Positions 37,560-52,112 of a stretch of DNA of 64,000 nt are shown piece after piece. This DNA is from Saccostrea echinata (lineage: Eukaryota). Position 1 is the stretch's first letter; the number at the start of each line of letters is the position of its first letter. Location: positions 9,982,001 to 10,046,000 of the forward strand of contig NW_026889795.1 in assembly GCF_033153115.1 (NCBI RefSeq). The letters run 5' to 3'. The notes beneath the pieces are model-generated. The model saw only the letters and a program-made list of their open reading frames with translations. It had not been told where the DNA came from and made no database searches. Both the position numbers and the translations under genes were made by a program.

Positions 37560-37748
37560 GACATAGGTCTCCCGGCATTAAAAATGAAAATTAAGGGTAT
37601 TTCGGATATGACCTTAAAAACAAAGGTCCCCTCTTACTGTAGGTGTAAACAGGATAAAGAATCCTCACTGCGCATTACCGGTATTTCGTGGCATCTCATG
37701 AGCGGAAAATTCTCGCAAGGGACGTATTTAACAACAATCAATCAATCA
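37560..37748 (+). mobile_element. 5'-truncated SINE related to the previous one
   Basis: TTCGGATATGACCTTAAAAACAAAGGTCCC...GATAAAGAATCCTCACTGC...GGGACGT..(CAAT)n tail. Confidence 0.55.
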
Positions 37749-37866
37749 TGTGTCCGTGTTTGCTCTGCTTTCAGTTTGTAATAGTTACACTGTAGTTGGT
37801 CTTAGCATAATCACTGTTCGTTATCTTCACATTTAACAGGAACTCTAGTGGTTTATGATATCTTAA

Positions 37867-39236
37867 GGTGGCCCGATCCTCAGGTTCTGAAATTCGACAA
37901 AAGCTCTCCAAAATGTCTCTGAATTCACCAAGTAATATGCACTTACCCATATTATTTCCTCAGAGTTCATCATTATACATGTAATTAATTATATTATATA
38001 GGGAAAATTATATATAAATATATATTTATATATCGAATATATTTTCAGGAAACGCGAATAATTAAAGGCACCAGCTATGTATTTTCTAATTGAAAATTTG
38101 ATCAACAAATATATTTTTGGATAATAATCTATAGGTATCCACGCTTTTGAGTTTCACATCATTATACAAACGGGTTCCAGGGATTAAGTAAAACGCTTGT
38201 TCATATAACGCTTAATTAATGATTTTAATACAATTGTTTTGTAAAACACAGTTTGACTGGGTATTACACTGACGTTTGAGGTAGTAAAACGAGCATTAAC
38301 GAGGTTCGCTCCTGAGCTTTTGAGCAGATTTATATCTTAACCTATATTTAAAAAATTCTGCTTAAAGTTTTAATTCTTACAATAATTTTGGATTCTACAA
38401 TGCCAATTAAACTATATTCAGTTAAAACTCCAGGATTAAATTCCATACCAAAAGCATTAAGTGAGGAACTATATTTTGTGGTGGAAGGTTTTTTAGAAGA
38501 AAATGATCATTTTTTTCTCTTTCGAAGTATTTAAAGGATGTGAAGTTTGGGTTCCTATTTTTACATGCAGTCTGCACACAGAGTTATTTTGTGCAGTGAA
38601 CTGTTTTATACTGGTCTTAAATTATATAATAAATAAACTGTCATGAATTCTATCATCATATTTGATAAATATAGCAAATATATTGTGAAAATCAAGAAAA
38701 AAATATCCCTATTTTAAGCTTAAAATTAGCACTATTTTAGTTATACCTAAAAATTAACATCACAGACCCCCACTTTTTATTTTATTTTCTGAATATATAA
38801 GATACTTTTAAACATTCTTCTTAAATTCAGTAAAATGTCATTACTTTCAAATGATATTTTTGCTTGTTAAATTTTTAATGGCAAAAAATGAAATTTTTTG
38901 AGTGCAAAAAGGTCAATTAATTGAACATGCGGAGTAATTTGAAATTTTTTTCGTTGTCACAAATTTTAATGTGTCTATTCAAGATGAAATAAGATTGTGT
39001 TTGTTCCCATAATCTATTTGAATAAAAAAAAATATTGGAGGAAAACTTTTAAAAATTGATTTATGTGAAAGACATACTTACAGTGCAAAAAGGTCAAACT
39101 AAATGCTCTGTAGCACCAAAAGAAGCGCATTTACCCCCATTTTTTGTTTTGATTTTTAACTAAGCTATGTGTATAAATTCTAAAAATATACTTGATAAAA
39201 AATTCTCATTACTTTTGATTGCAGGATCGAACCTCC
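37867..39236. mobile_element. TTAA-flanked non-autonomous DNA element (Kolobok-like ends)
   Basis: TTAA|GGTGGCCCGATCCT ... AGGATCGAACCTCC|TTAA; 11 of 14 TIR positions match; no ORF. Confidence 0.65.
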
Positions 39237-39996
39237 TTAAGGAGGGATTCTTGTCTGGTTTCTGACTAGACGAAATATTCTAAGTATATTTGCTTGTATG
39301 TCTTATATACTTAGCTGTAATGTATTAAAAGGATCATATTTTTCTTTACTCATCATTATTGTACAATTTTAGATAGAAATGGTAAACTGAGTTTGAAATC
39401 CAGCAGGGACTACATTTTTGGCGGAACTGCGGCGTATGAAAATATCTCCTTTTCTGCCTTTCAAAATCACTTAAAGATCAATACATTTAGTTAATTTTTT
39501 TTTAAAATCAAAGACTTAAAGAAATTTTGAAATGTAACTGAAATTAATAAAAATGCCCTAAAGTTTTAAAATATAGCAAATAATAATGATTTTCTGAACA
39601 AACTACAATCTTGTTAGCTTTTGAAAGCTTCCAACCTAAAACAAATTTGAGCAAAAAATCAGTAAAAAGTGTTTTTTCTCTCTTACTAAACGGTCAAAGC
39701 TTTTTGTTTTTGTATCATTTGTATATTTATATGACTACTTTACCATATGTAAAAATAAGAAATATTTAAATATAAGAAGTATATAAAAATAACTAATAAT
39801 TCCAAAAATTAAGAAAAACAGAGGAAATTTGGGTTAGCCAATATCTATTTTTAAAATTTAAATAAAAGCTTTTCATTGTGACGTCATAATAGAGCGACGC
39901 AAAAACACAATGTTCCTTGACGTATTTTATATAACAAAACTCAACAAAATAAGACATGAACATCAAACAAAATGCATATATTGCATTAGAATGGGA

Positions 39997-40360
39997 ATAA
40001 CTATCTTTTATATTGGCATTTGCGACCTCTAATGCTGATCTAACGGTCGCAAACATCCTTTCTACCTGCTCCGCTTAGTCGCCGGTAAAACTCAGTTTGC
40101 GACCGTTAAATCAGGATTAACGGTCGCAAATACCAAATTAAAGATAGTTATACCCAAAATGCACAGAAAAATTATCAATGACATTTGACGTCTGCACATT
40201 GGGAGGTATTCAAATTGTCGTTTTCGTACAACAGTCAGCAAGGTAATAGCGATGGTGTTGTGTTTTACATGTACTATGTCTAAATAATAGTCAGGACAGA
40301 TAGTGTTCTCTCCTCTGGCTCGCGCACCATGCGTCAAAACCTGACTGCTATTTAGGCATA
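39997..40360. mobile_element. Hairpin-ended non-autonomous element
   Basis: Palindrome at 39997-40151 (ATAACTATCTTTA..TTTGCGACC / GGTCGCAAA..TAAAGATAGTTAT), then a short inverted repeat TATACCCAAA...TTTAGGCATA. Confidence 0.55.
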
Positions 40361-40384
40361 GTACATGCAAAGCATAACACTATT

Positions 40385-40739
40385 TTATTATACCTCATTA
40401 TAATTATTCTATACAAGGCGTTATCTGATTAGTTCTAGATTATCACGTGACAGGGCCATAAAACTCCATATTTCCCTGTCGTCGTCATGCTTTTCATCAT
40501 ATTCAACTTCTTCGGAGACCAGGCTATTCTGACGTCGATCTACTACTCCGGGGAGTTTGCGTTCAACGAACGATAACTATTGCAGGAAAATGCACTAGGT
40601 CTCCGAAGAAGTTGAATATGAAGAAAAGCATGACAACGACAGGGAAATATGGAGTTTTTTGGCCCTGTCGTGTGATAATCTAGTCTAAGAACCAATCAGA
40701 TAACGCGATGTATAGAATAATTATAATGAGGTATAATAA
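40385..40739. mobile_element. Fold-back element with about 135-bp arms
   Basis: TTATTATACCTCATTATAATTATTCTATACA...CTTCTTCGGAGACC paired with GGTCTCCGAAGAAG...TGTATAGAATAATTATAATGAGGTATAATAA. Confidence 0.85.
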
Positions 40740-40927
40740 TATATATTTACATTTCCAATGTCTTTGTCCGAGATAAAATTTCAAATAGTAAAAATACTTT
40801 ACTTCTACATAAATCTACTGGTTCATCGATAGGTGTGGTGAAAAAAAATCACATGCGGGGAGGGACAAATAGAGACAGAAGCGGGGCTTGTAGCACGTGA
40901 ATTTGCAGAATCAAGAGCATGTAAATA

Positions 40928-41088
40928 TAAGGAATTACTGTCAGATTTTTTGGTTTCATGACGATTATCAATCGAATGGCTTGCGTGATAATTTTATGCA
41001 TAAACGCCTTCGGCGTTTATGCAAATTATCACGCAAGCCAATCGATTGATCACATAATGAAACCAAAAAATTAGACAGTTATTCCTTA
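40928..41088. repeat. 160-bp palindrome centred on GCC-TTC-GGC
   Basis: TAAGGAATTACTGTC...GCATAAACGCC TTC GGCGTTTATGC...GACAGTTATTCCTTA. Confidence 0.85.
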
Positions 41089-42786
41089 AATAAATATTGC
41101 AAATAAATTACATGTACAATACATTTACACAATATGCAGAAAGATAAACATCACATGATAAAAATTCCGACACATCACACAAGAAAAACATCAGTTGTTA
41201 TAGCACCATAAAGGCATAGCGTTGACATGATATAAATATATATTTCAAGGCGTTATAAAGAACCGACATATTTTGCATCTGATAATTTTTTCCCAGTCTT
41301 AACACTAAGTAATAAACTATCTGTAGGATTTCCAGATACTAGTATACTAACGTTTTAAAATGAAAAGTAGATATTTTCATGCAATCTTTCAAAAAAATTT
41401 TCACCAACATATTTTTTATCATATGAAATGCTAAACAAAACTTATTAAGATCGACTACCTAACATTAACATTCTTTTCAATTATATATTCTGTCACATAA
41501 TCCTAAAAAAGAGAGATTAAACTCATCACACATCTTTATAAAACACCTTCCTACCAAATATATCCACATATATCTACAAATAGGGTGTCCAGGAAGTACA
41601 TTTATATAGTGCATATTGTTATGTATAGATTAAAGAAAACAATTAAAAAAAGAAAGAAAGAAAGGAAAAGGAGAGAATATATGTGAGAGGAGGTGGTTGA
41701 TATTCCTAAACTTCAGTTTCTTCGTAAGTTCATATTTCTGAGGCAAACATTTCGAATAATCCTTGTTTTATGGACTGTAAAATGTTAGTAAAAAAATTAT
41801 ACATGTTTTATACGGTAATCAAGTAATGCTAATTTAGCGTGGAAATGTCTGTCTTTATGCAGAGGCCTTATCTGTGATAGCTTTTAAACGGAAAAAATAG
41901 TTACTGAATATTAACAGATAGTGCAGTTTTCCCCCATATCCATTTAGGATATTTCAGTAGGAGTAAATAATTAAAAATGTTTCCACTTAAACATATTGCC
42001 GTGGCCCCTTTTTCGGACCCCTCTAACATCATCTAATTAACTCAAATCTTAGTTATTTTACACCTAACCCATATTTTGTTATCTGTGTGGTACATTACTT
42101 GCAAAAAAATACATTGAAAACGGCGCTTTAGTTTTATTAAAGGTAATTAAAAATGCCCACTAGTGGGTGCTAATTCCGGAATGTTGCACTTGTCCGAGCT
42201 GGGTTTTAATTGTGTCTCATTAATATTCGGAGTAGGCGGAGCATTTCATCGATCGATTGAAAACATGTAATAGCCAGTTATATAATGGCTTCTGGGAACT
42301 ACTCAGCATAATAAAATAAAAAAAATATATACACAAAAGTAAACACAAAGAACATGTTTAAACTTCTCAAGGATTATGCCTTTTTTTTTTGGGGGGGGGG
42401 GGGGAGGGTGCGGGGGGGGATTTTGAAGATGTTCATGTACTCCCTCCCTAAATCCAGATTTTCCCCCCAATTTTTGGTAGGTTCTGGTATATCCTTGAAG
42501 TCATATAGTAAATAAACAAAATCTAGCAGCTTACTTAAAAAACAACAGGTGAATGACAGGTTACTTTTGTTTCGAAAATGTTTTGCTTTTTAAGTAGGGT
42601 AAGTTGCGATCACAATTTACGTGGCGTATACGTGGAAAATCAACACTAAATAAACCAGGGCTACTTGTACATGTAAACACACACTTCACATTATTTTAAT
42701 GAAAAAATAAAAATAATATAAAAGAAAAACAACTTCTCCTGTATTTTCAAAAAGATTAGTGCCGTATCGAATTTTTAAAATAATAT

Positions 42787-42836
<50 letters not shown>

Positions 42837-42935
42837 TTAAGTACAATAAATACTGGTGTACAGAATAAGAAAACAAAACATTTTTTGTAGTGATATTTAA
42901 TCACTAAAACAATTTTATTAATTGTATGTGTGCTT

Positions 42936-42968
<33 letters not shown>

Positions 42969-45432
42969 TTTTTGTCCCATTAAGCTTTCCAGTGTTAAAC
43001 AATCTATACGTACTTCTACCCTGTGTACCTTTATTTTACAGTCAAAAACATTTTTAGGAATGATCCTATTGCTAAGATGTAGAGTATATGCCTTGGAAAC
43101 TCCTTGAGCCCGCAAGCGAACCCCTAATCCGAGGACTAAAACTAAAATATCATTACATTTTGTCCGATTTAAAATTCTATTACCCTCATCTGTCAAATAT
43201 TTCTTATGAATGGTGTAGCATCATTATTTTTCCTGTCTTTAAATATGGACCTAATGCCTGAACAATATTAATATCCATTGGATGCCACTATTATCATAGG
43301 TTTCTTGACCGTAGGAACCGGGGGGGGGGGGGAGGGGGCACGGATCTCCCCCATAATTTTGCCGATATATAGAACACTATAGAAAACATAGCTACCATGC
43401 ACTTGTGCCCCTTCAATAATTACGTCTGATGTCCCTCCCCCCTTTTTTGCTTGTCAAGGAATTTTTGGTAGTTGATAGTGCCCCCAACTGAAAATATACG
43501 GCTGTACCCCAAAAACTGAAATTGCTTCCTACGGGCCTGTGTTTTACCAAAAGAGGAATTTTATACATACCTAAAGAACTCCTTTGATAAGTATATATTA
43601 AACTCTTTTGAAATCCATATAGATGTATGTTTTAATTTAAAGAATATTTTGTTAAGAAAAGCAAATGGAATGTAGTAGAAGGGTCAGTCTATTTTAGCCC
43701 ACTCCCTACATCAAGGTCAACGTAAATACATAATTGATATAAAATAAACAAAACAAAAATGTAGAAAATGTACCAAAAAGAAGGGGTTGGGAGAAAAATA
43801 AAAAAAAGAATAGAAAAATACTAGTAAGCAAAATTACAGAGAAAAATAAACAAAATTACAGAAAAAATATCGGTTTGGAAATATTCAAAAATGTTATATT
43901 TACTTACAAAATAATGAATATTTTAGCAATACTTGGCACTACTAAAAATACTGGGCAGAAAAAAATAATTCGATGTTGATCAATTGAAAATGTAGCGGTC
44001 TGAATTGCTAATCGGAGCTAAAACCACGTGATTTTTTTTATTTTTTTTTGTATTCACAAAGGTACCCGAGTCTACAAATCACTTGATAAATTGGAATATT
44101 TAACAGGTCATGATGAGGTCGATGACATGTAAATACCCGTGAATAGTGAAGGAAACGGTCGGTATTTTGTACCTTTTTTCAAAAAGTTTACCCCGAGCAG
44201 GCTTGCCCAAAATTCTCCTTTAAATATGCTGAATTTACAACAGTTATACACCCTCTGTCCTTTTGAGAAATTTGGGCAACAATGCGCTCACCATGTATTA
44301 CGGCTTTAAAAATCGGAATAACTTTGAATATCAATGGAGATTCGTGAATTGCAGTGACCCCTCTTACAAAACACAGCTTTTTTCTTTATTTTTATGGACT
44401 TTTAATTCCTGTAATTTTGCAAAGTTGCAATTTAGACATAGAAGAATCGCATTATTCATCTCATGGCGCAATTTTCTATACTTTATTTTTGCGCAATTTA
44501 CCGGGGGCCACGTTTTGTACATAAAGTGCAATCATCCTTTCCCAAAGAGGATAAAATACACAAGCGTAATGGTTTATAAAATATAAATGGCAATGCTTAA
44601 CATCAAACGTACAAAGTAATTACCTCATAGTTTGGAAGGAAATCAATTTTTTGATGGATAAATGAACAGAATAATCATTAACCAAAAAACAATTTAAAAA
44701 AAAACAACAACAACAAAGCATTCAAATTTTCAAGTTTTAGCTTACACGGCAAAATAAAGAAGAAAGATCCCTTAATTATTATATTGTCTACTTCTGATAT
44801 TAAAGTACAACTGCTTCATAAAAGCGCATTCAGAGGGCAGTGAATATCGAGAGAATTGCAAAAATATATGCATTGTAATACTTTTTGTTTTTAATTAGTA
44901 AGAAGTTAAAGCCGTTATATCAATGTCCATCCATTTAGAAAACATGATGTTCCATTTCTCAAGCCAAAAACAAAGATAACAAAGCCGACGAAAAGGGCAG
45001 AAATATTGGATGTGAAGAAAAAAATGGGGTGAAACTGTTAGAATATTCTGTTCAAATGCTAGAAGATCTTGTACCAAATGTATATGAACCAGTTCTATTC
45101 AACTATAACAATTAATATGTTTTATTATACCTCTATTAAGAATACTCAAATTTGATTGGCTTGTTAGAAGGCTTTTAAACTCAATAGTAACGCCAAAAAG
45201 TACCGTTTACAGCAATAATGACCTAGGAATCATTGCACGTGGGATATAATGACCCGGATCCGGTTGTATCAATATTTAATGAATAATTAAAGCTTAATTA
45301 AACTGATCATTTTTAATGTGTCATTAAATTCCGTTGTATCAATGTTTTAATGAACGAATCGATGCATTAAAGCTTCATTAACTTCTCTAATTTTAATGAA
45401 GCCAAGAGGGCTTCTTTAAACGCTCATTAACA

Positions 45433-48400
45433 ATGGCGGCCAACGTAATGTTTGGTCAGTTGGGTAGAAGAAGAGCGGATAAGGTTTTTAGAGAACGTTT
45501 TTCTGTACAAAACATGAGTGAAGAGGAAATTCGGAGGCGGTATCGATTTGGAAAGGAATCAATAAAACAAATCGTGGACTTACTTGACCCAGTAATCGGC
45601 CATAGGACTAGGAGGTCGCAGGCATTATCAACAGAATTACAGGTATATAACTGATAGAAAAAAACTCACTTTGTCATGTACTGTCCATACGAAAACAGTC
45701 AACAAACACCACAACCTCCCATTTCCCTTGTTTTTTTTTTTAGTTGATTACGTCACATATTGCGTCACCTTGGTGGCGGATCCCATATAGTACAAGAATA
45801 ATTAATAATTATTATACATATTATACATGAACATGATTATACATACATACATCTCATATTATTTGAATAATCTTGTTTGATTATACACAGGTGAACTGTG
45901 ACGACAAAATTCTTGAGTGATTCTAAAATATTAGAGTTATTCCCCTTTGTGCATATCATGTAAGCATGTCACAGGTGCTTGGAAACTGAAGATCCGCAAT
46001 TATATGCTAGTATTATTTTTTTAGGGGGGGGGGGGGGTTCTATATATGTCCTTGAACATGTATAAAACACCAACCGACTGTGTCTGGGATATCAAAGGCC
46101 AGCCGAATGTAAAAATATTCCGTTTTAAAATCAAAATGCTGTGGCTGTTTTAAAATCACGTTTTGTGATACATTTAGTGGAGTCGTCGGTGGGCCGCGTT
46201 CTGTAGTATTTGAATCATTTGAATCATTTAAAATCTTTCATCTAAGATTAATTAGACAATTTACGTAATATCTTCATTGTATTCGCCATCATTATGGAAA
46301 TATACCGCATTAATGAGGTTGATTTATTTATTCAATATTATGAAAAATGGAGAAGGCCCACATTAATAAAATCTGTAACATAAATTACTTAAAAAAAATG
46401 AACTAATATACATGTATATGCATATACACTGTACTACATTTGTATGAAATCCACATGCTGGTTTTTGAGGTCAATACGATGATTTAGACACCTGAGGAAT
46501 ACAATATTCACCGAGCCCGAAAAAAACAGCAATAATTGTTTTATTATATGATTCAATGATAAAATTACACACACTCATTAAGCAATCCAGTACTAGCCGA
46601 ACATAATGAGAGAAACAGGGTTAAAAACAACAGTTGTATTATTTTGGAATTTTTAATTCTAGTTTAGGTGCAATGTAAATAATATAAATGTCAGGCATAT
46701 ATATAGGATTGATTTTGAAAAAGGGGGAAAAAGTGACAACTTACCTAAAAAAATCTTTGACTAGCCAACCCTCCCAAGGAAAGGAATTCTCCTGACTCAA
46801 ATTTTTATTCGGTGGGAGGTAGAGGTCCATAAAAGAGGGAGGGGCTTTCATTGAAATATTTTATCCTTAAAATTTAAATTAAAACTTTACATTCTCAAAA
46901 TGAAGGGGGAGGCGCAGACTTCCTGCCCCCCCCCCCCTAACCCAACCCTCACCCGAGAATCTATGTGCCTTAATGTTATGTTCATATGAGTGGAAGTCAG
47001 GTGCAAGTGAGATAACTTTCCAAAACTATTTGCATCAATTTGGAATTTCCCTAAATATTTTCGGTCCAGTGTAGAATGCATAATTCCTGATATTGACCTG
47101 GAAAGTCACGTGCAGGTCAATGTAATGTAGTATTTTTCTAACATTGTTGGATCTCAGCCAATCNNNNNNNNNNNNNNNNNNNNNNNNNNNNNNNNNNNNN
47201 NNNNNNNNNNNNNNNNNNNNNNNNNNNNNNNNNNNNNNNNNNNNNNNNNNNNNNNNNNNNNNNNNNNNNNNNNNNNNNNNNNNNNNNNNNNNNNNNNCAA
47301 TGGTAATTTTAATTGTTAATATGATAGGTCTTCACCATTTTCAAAAAATTACATTTCAAAGTTATGCCTTTATTTGAAAAATATATAAATAAATAAAAAC
47401 AAACTTTTGCCTAAAACCGACCCTATTTTTCATAAGCATAAAGTAGTAAATCCATTTTTTTCTTAGACCCATACCAAAATAAAGTAGTGTAAATTGGAAT
47501 TTTCTTGGATATTATTTTACAAATAATTTTAACTTATTTTAATTTAACTTATCTAACATAATGCGTGTACACCTATGTATTTTTTCCGCAGAAAAGTAAA
47601 CATGAAACCAATTTGCAGATTATAAATTGCGCATAAAAAAGTCTACAAATTTTAATTATTTTTTTTTTCAAATTTAGATTCTGATTGCCTTGAGATTTTA
47701 TGCCAGTGGAAGTTTTCTTCAAGTTCTTGGTGACACAACTGGGGTCGACAAGTCAACAGTCTCTCGAATCGTTCTGAAAGTGTCGCAGGCACTGGTATCT
47801 CTTGCGCCCAGATTTATTAAATGGCCAACAGACGAGGAGCTAACCAGCATCAAGAGTGATTTTTTTAAATTAGCAGGCTTTCCAGGTGTTATAGGCTGTA
47901 TCGACGGCACTCATGTGAGGATCCAAGGACCGTCAGAGAATGAACCAGCATTTGTGAATAGGAAAGGTTACCACTCAATCAATGTTCAAGCTATCTGTGA
48001 TAATGCTGGTATGTAAAAATGAGATTTGATATGAAATATATACTTCTTTTTACGTAAGCTAGCGAGAGATTATTTGTTATTGCATTTATATAATAATATA
48101 AAAATTGTTTTAATATCATTACATAGGATAAAAATTGAATATTAGTGAGTACTTTTTTAAGAACCGAAGCATATTATGATACAGTTATGATTGTGAGTTT
48201 TTCGGAAACATATTGTACAGTAAAAGTAACCCAAAATAACCTTGGAATAACCCCCCCCCCCAATCCTCCCTGGGAAACGCGCACCTCTCATGAGTTGGTC
48301 AGATAAAGATGATGGAGAGTACCTTGTTAAGATGTATGCAACCCTTCCTAGCTGTTTCGCGTTTGGATAGTCTTTTTTATTTTTTGTCTGATCAATATTA

Positions 48401-49865
48401 TTTTTACTCGACATTTTTAGCACGACCCCTTGCCCCTTACAGTAAAATTCATGGATCCGCCCTAGCACTTGTAGTTATTGTGCCTTTTTGATACAGGTAA
48501 ATTTACCAACATCGTGGCAAGATGGCCAGGTAGCACGCATGATAGCCACATATTTAACATGAGTGGAATAAAGCAAGATATTGAGCGGGACTTCCGCTCT
48601 ATCAATGATGGCATCATATTGGGCGATAGTGGGTATGCCTGTAAACCATATCTTATGACACCATACCTCCGACCCTCCTCTCAGGCCGAGGAGCGCTTTA
48701 ATACAGCGCATTCTAAAACACGCGTGACCATTGAGAGGACATTTGGCTGGTGGAAACGACGGTTCCACGTCCTTCATTCTGAAATCAGAATGAAGCCAGA
48801 GAGAGTGTGCACAATTATTGGTAAATATATAATTCGTTAATATACTGTCATTTATAATTAACCATGCGCCTGATACAGAGAGAAGGAAGCAATTCAGAGA
48901 GTAAAGATCATAAGTCAAAGGTCAAAGTATGCACAGGTGAAGTTTCAGGGTTTGACATTAACTTTTATGAGTACTAGACCAGTCGGGCTACTTCCCATAA
49001 TTTTTACTAGCCCTGACCGTGAGGTAATTTTGAAATTGTTTCAAACTAGCCAATTGAGTCGGGTTTATCAAGACATGCGAGTATTGTAAGCTTTAAAGAT
49101 CATTCAACGAACTTTAATAATTTTTTCATCTTAAATATTAATAAATTAATTGCAGAATATATTTTTTCAGTAACTTTTTATACCATATTGATACTGAAGG
49201 ACGCTAGTTTCTACCGCGGCTTGTCTATTACAGCCGTGGCTGAAAATAGCAATTGTGTCATACAGAGATTTTTTTTTATAGAATGATATCTGTGTTTACA
49301 ATCGCACAAATTAAGAAAAATTCTTTAAAAAGTTTATTGAATATTTATTTGAAAGACTGAAATGGGTTTTAACAGGTATTTTATTAACACGACCAATCGG
49401 TCTAGTTCACGTACATTTTACACGACCGGACCACTCATTTACTAGACTGAGTCGGTCGGACGTGCCTTAGTGTCAAACCCTGGAAATACTGAACCTTATC
49501 CTCTTTCATTTAAAAGTTATGAGCATATTAAAGTTTATGTTATAGTATAAGTGTATTTGTGACAGAGAGAAAAATTGACAGACGAATAAGATTACATGTA
49601 CATCATAATCTTATATGAAATGCGTTTAAATATAGTTTGACAATGAAGTTTAAATCAAAAAATTAAAAACTTTACAATTTATGTATGCATTTGTTTCCAT
49701 AACTACACTTTAGGTGCTTGTGCAGTTTTGCATAACCTGGCTATAATGTACAACGAGCCACCGATGGATGAAGATATAACTGTTAATGGAAATATACAAG
49801 GAAATTACAATGGACCCGAGGATGGAAAGAACATCAGGAATTACATCACACAACATTATTTCTAG
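45433..49865 (+). CDS. Harbinger (HARBI1-like) DDE transposase, 338 aa; exons 45433-45642, 47678-48008, 48497-48820, 49714-49865
   Basis: Exon lengths 210+331+324+152=1017 nt in one open frame. Motifs [71 protein letters not shown]. Confidence 0.92.
47164..47297. other. Assembly gap (134 N)
   Basis: Run of N inside transposase intron 1. Confidence 1.
48946..49482. mobile_element. hAT-like MITE in transposase intron 3
   Basis: CAGGGTTTGACATTAA ... TTAGTGTCAAACCCTG; no clean 8-bp TSD seen. Confidence 0.65.
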
Positions 49866-50292
49866 ATAGGACAGTACTTCATTGGCTAAATACTCCCATT
49901 CTACTGACGTAAATTTTATCTCTCTAAACAGAATTTTAAACAGGATTTTAAAATTTGAAGAACCTTCACTACAGAACAAGTTAAGGACCCTCTAGACTAT
50001 ACACTGATAATAATGTTTTTGGACACCAAGAATATTATATCGTATAAAGGTGTAAATACTGAGTTTTATTTTTATATCATTTTCAACACAGGGTAGTAGT
50101 CTAGCCATATACAACCAGGAAAAATGTTCAAAGCCTACGATGTACTGATTGAAAGAAATCACTGTCGATCGCGCACTAAATCGGGAAAATACATGAACAT
50201 GAACACGAAGTCTTCAGTTAATTTATGAAATTGATGCTTAGAATTCTTTAAAAAAAAAAAAGAACTATTTGATAACATGATTCATATATTTA

Positions 50293-52112
50293 TTAATCTT
50301 CATTGGATAAATTTAACTCCAATCGCAATTTTTTATTCATTAATTGGTAATAAATTGTTTGCTCCTGTATCTTTTTCTTCTGTTCTACCAAAACTTCGTA
50401 CTGCATTCTTGTAACATCTTCGGGCCTTATTCTTTTACGTTGACCTCGATCATTTGGAGTTCCCACTTTTTTTGACCTACAATGCAAAAGGGTAAACTTT
50501 TACAGTTGTGATTGTGCATGCGGGATTGAAATTCAGCGTTAACGTATGTATGTAAAATTACCTTTTTATGATTAAGAGTAGCTTATGAAGATCTTACCAA
50601 ACTAAATAAATCTATTATGTACTAGTTCATATACTGATACACGTCTATGCATTATAATGTACATTTGAAAAAATAAAATTAAAAAAAAATAATAAATTTT
50701 GGGTAATTTTATGATTAAACCATGAAATGGTGAGCAAGTTATTGTATTTTCTACGGTTGAACTGTTCATTTAAATTACTAATTTTCTAAGTTTTATTACA
50801 TGCTTGACTCCACACATGTCTCCATGCTTGTGGCTGCAGTACTAGTTTTATTTTCTATGCTGGTTATTTCTTCCACCATCTGATCGGGCGAGCAATGAGT
50901 CTCCTGGATTGGTGTGACTTGTTCTGGCTGAAGTTTTAATTCATTTTGCTGGTGGTCAAGTGGAATCAGCAGATCAGTAAGAATTGAGACGGTATTTGGC
51001 GAGCCAATCAAATTGATGTTGCTTTCATCTTTGGTTACAAGTAAAAAAAGAAAAGAGATAATACTAGTACTACAGTATACCATAAAGGTTTTAGATTGAC
51101 ATCATTTCAAACCACCCTCATTGCCATGCGCAGACCTGGGGGGGGGGGGTTTCCAGACACCTTTGAAGTTCTTTGGAGGAGTCATACATGTATATATGAA
51201 GCTTGAGAAGCGAAGAAAAGACGCTCAAACAGCCCCCCCCCCCTCCCCAACTTCATGTTAGATTTGCGTTCTAAATTTTAATTCAACAAAACAAATTAAT
51301 TGAATTATAATGGGAGTAAAAATGAATTTGATGCCCGCATAAATTAATTTTTGCTCTTACCAATTCTAATCAAGTCAATCGTTGTCATTTGCACACCTGT
51401 GAAAACTACTGTAAGCAAAGGGAGAAAACTACTCCAATTTGTTTGTCTATACTGCCTGACCCTTTCAGAACCTCTTCGCAGATTTATATTACCGATACAT
51501 GTTTACTATTACTTTACACAATATTTCTTATGACATATAGATGATTTTGCAACTTGATTCCGATGAACTTATATACCCCCCCCCCCCCCCAAAAAATTTA
51601 AAAAAAATCAAACCCTTATTTATCAATCCTTGTATCTGGTCCATATAATATTTAATATAAGTAATTTGTATTTTATATTTCTTGCAAATTGAGAACTTTA
51701 ACTTACCAGGTGCCTGAGTCTCGAATCCGGATAATCCATTAAAAGTTGGAGAATCTTTGTAGATATCAACGATCTTTTCGCTGACTGTCGAAAGAGGTTT
51801 TGCGCAGGGTCCTCCCCCTGTTTGTCTCTGTGAAAGTTTGTTGTAGCTGAATTCCTTTTTTGCCGTCTGATGCATATTGGTCCATTTGGTTTTAATCTCT
51901 TTAGTAGTGCGACTTGAAACTCCTAACGCATTTATTTGCGCTGTGATATTATCCCATACTTTTTTCTTTTTCTCATTGGTAACACTATTGGTTAGTTTGC
52001 TATTAATGATGTTAATATTTCTCTCCACCAGTTCGGCTAAAAGTTGAATTTCACTAGAATCAAAATTTTTCCCCCGATTTCTATTACATTTAAATTGAAT
52101 TCCTTCGGTCAT
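50293..52112 (-). CDS. Harbinger Myb/SANT-like (trihelix) DNA-binding protein, 272 aa; exons 52112-51707, 51028-50800, 50476-50293
   Basis: RGKNFDSSEIQLL...KKKVWDNITAQINA...RTTKEIKTKWTNM...QTGGGP. Exon lengths 406+229+184=819 nt in frame, with a coiled-coil-like C-terminus. Confidence 0.85.

Noticed and set aside
47144-47377. 77-aa ORF
   Set aside because: Artefact of the N gap.
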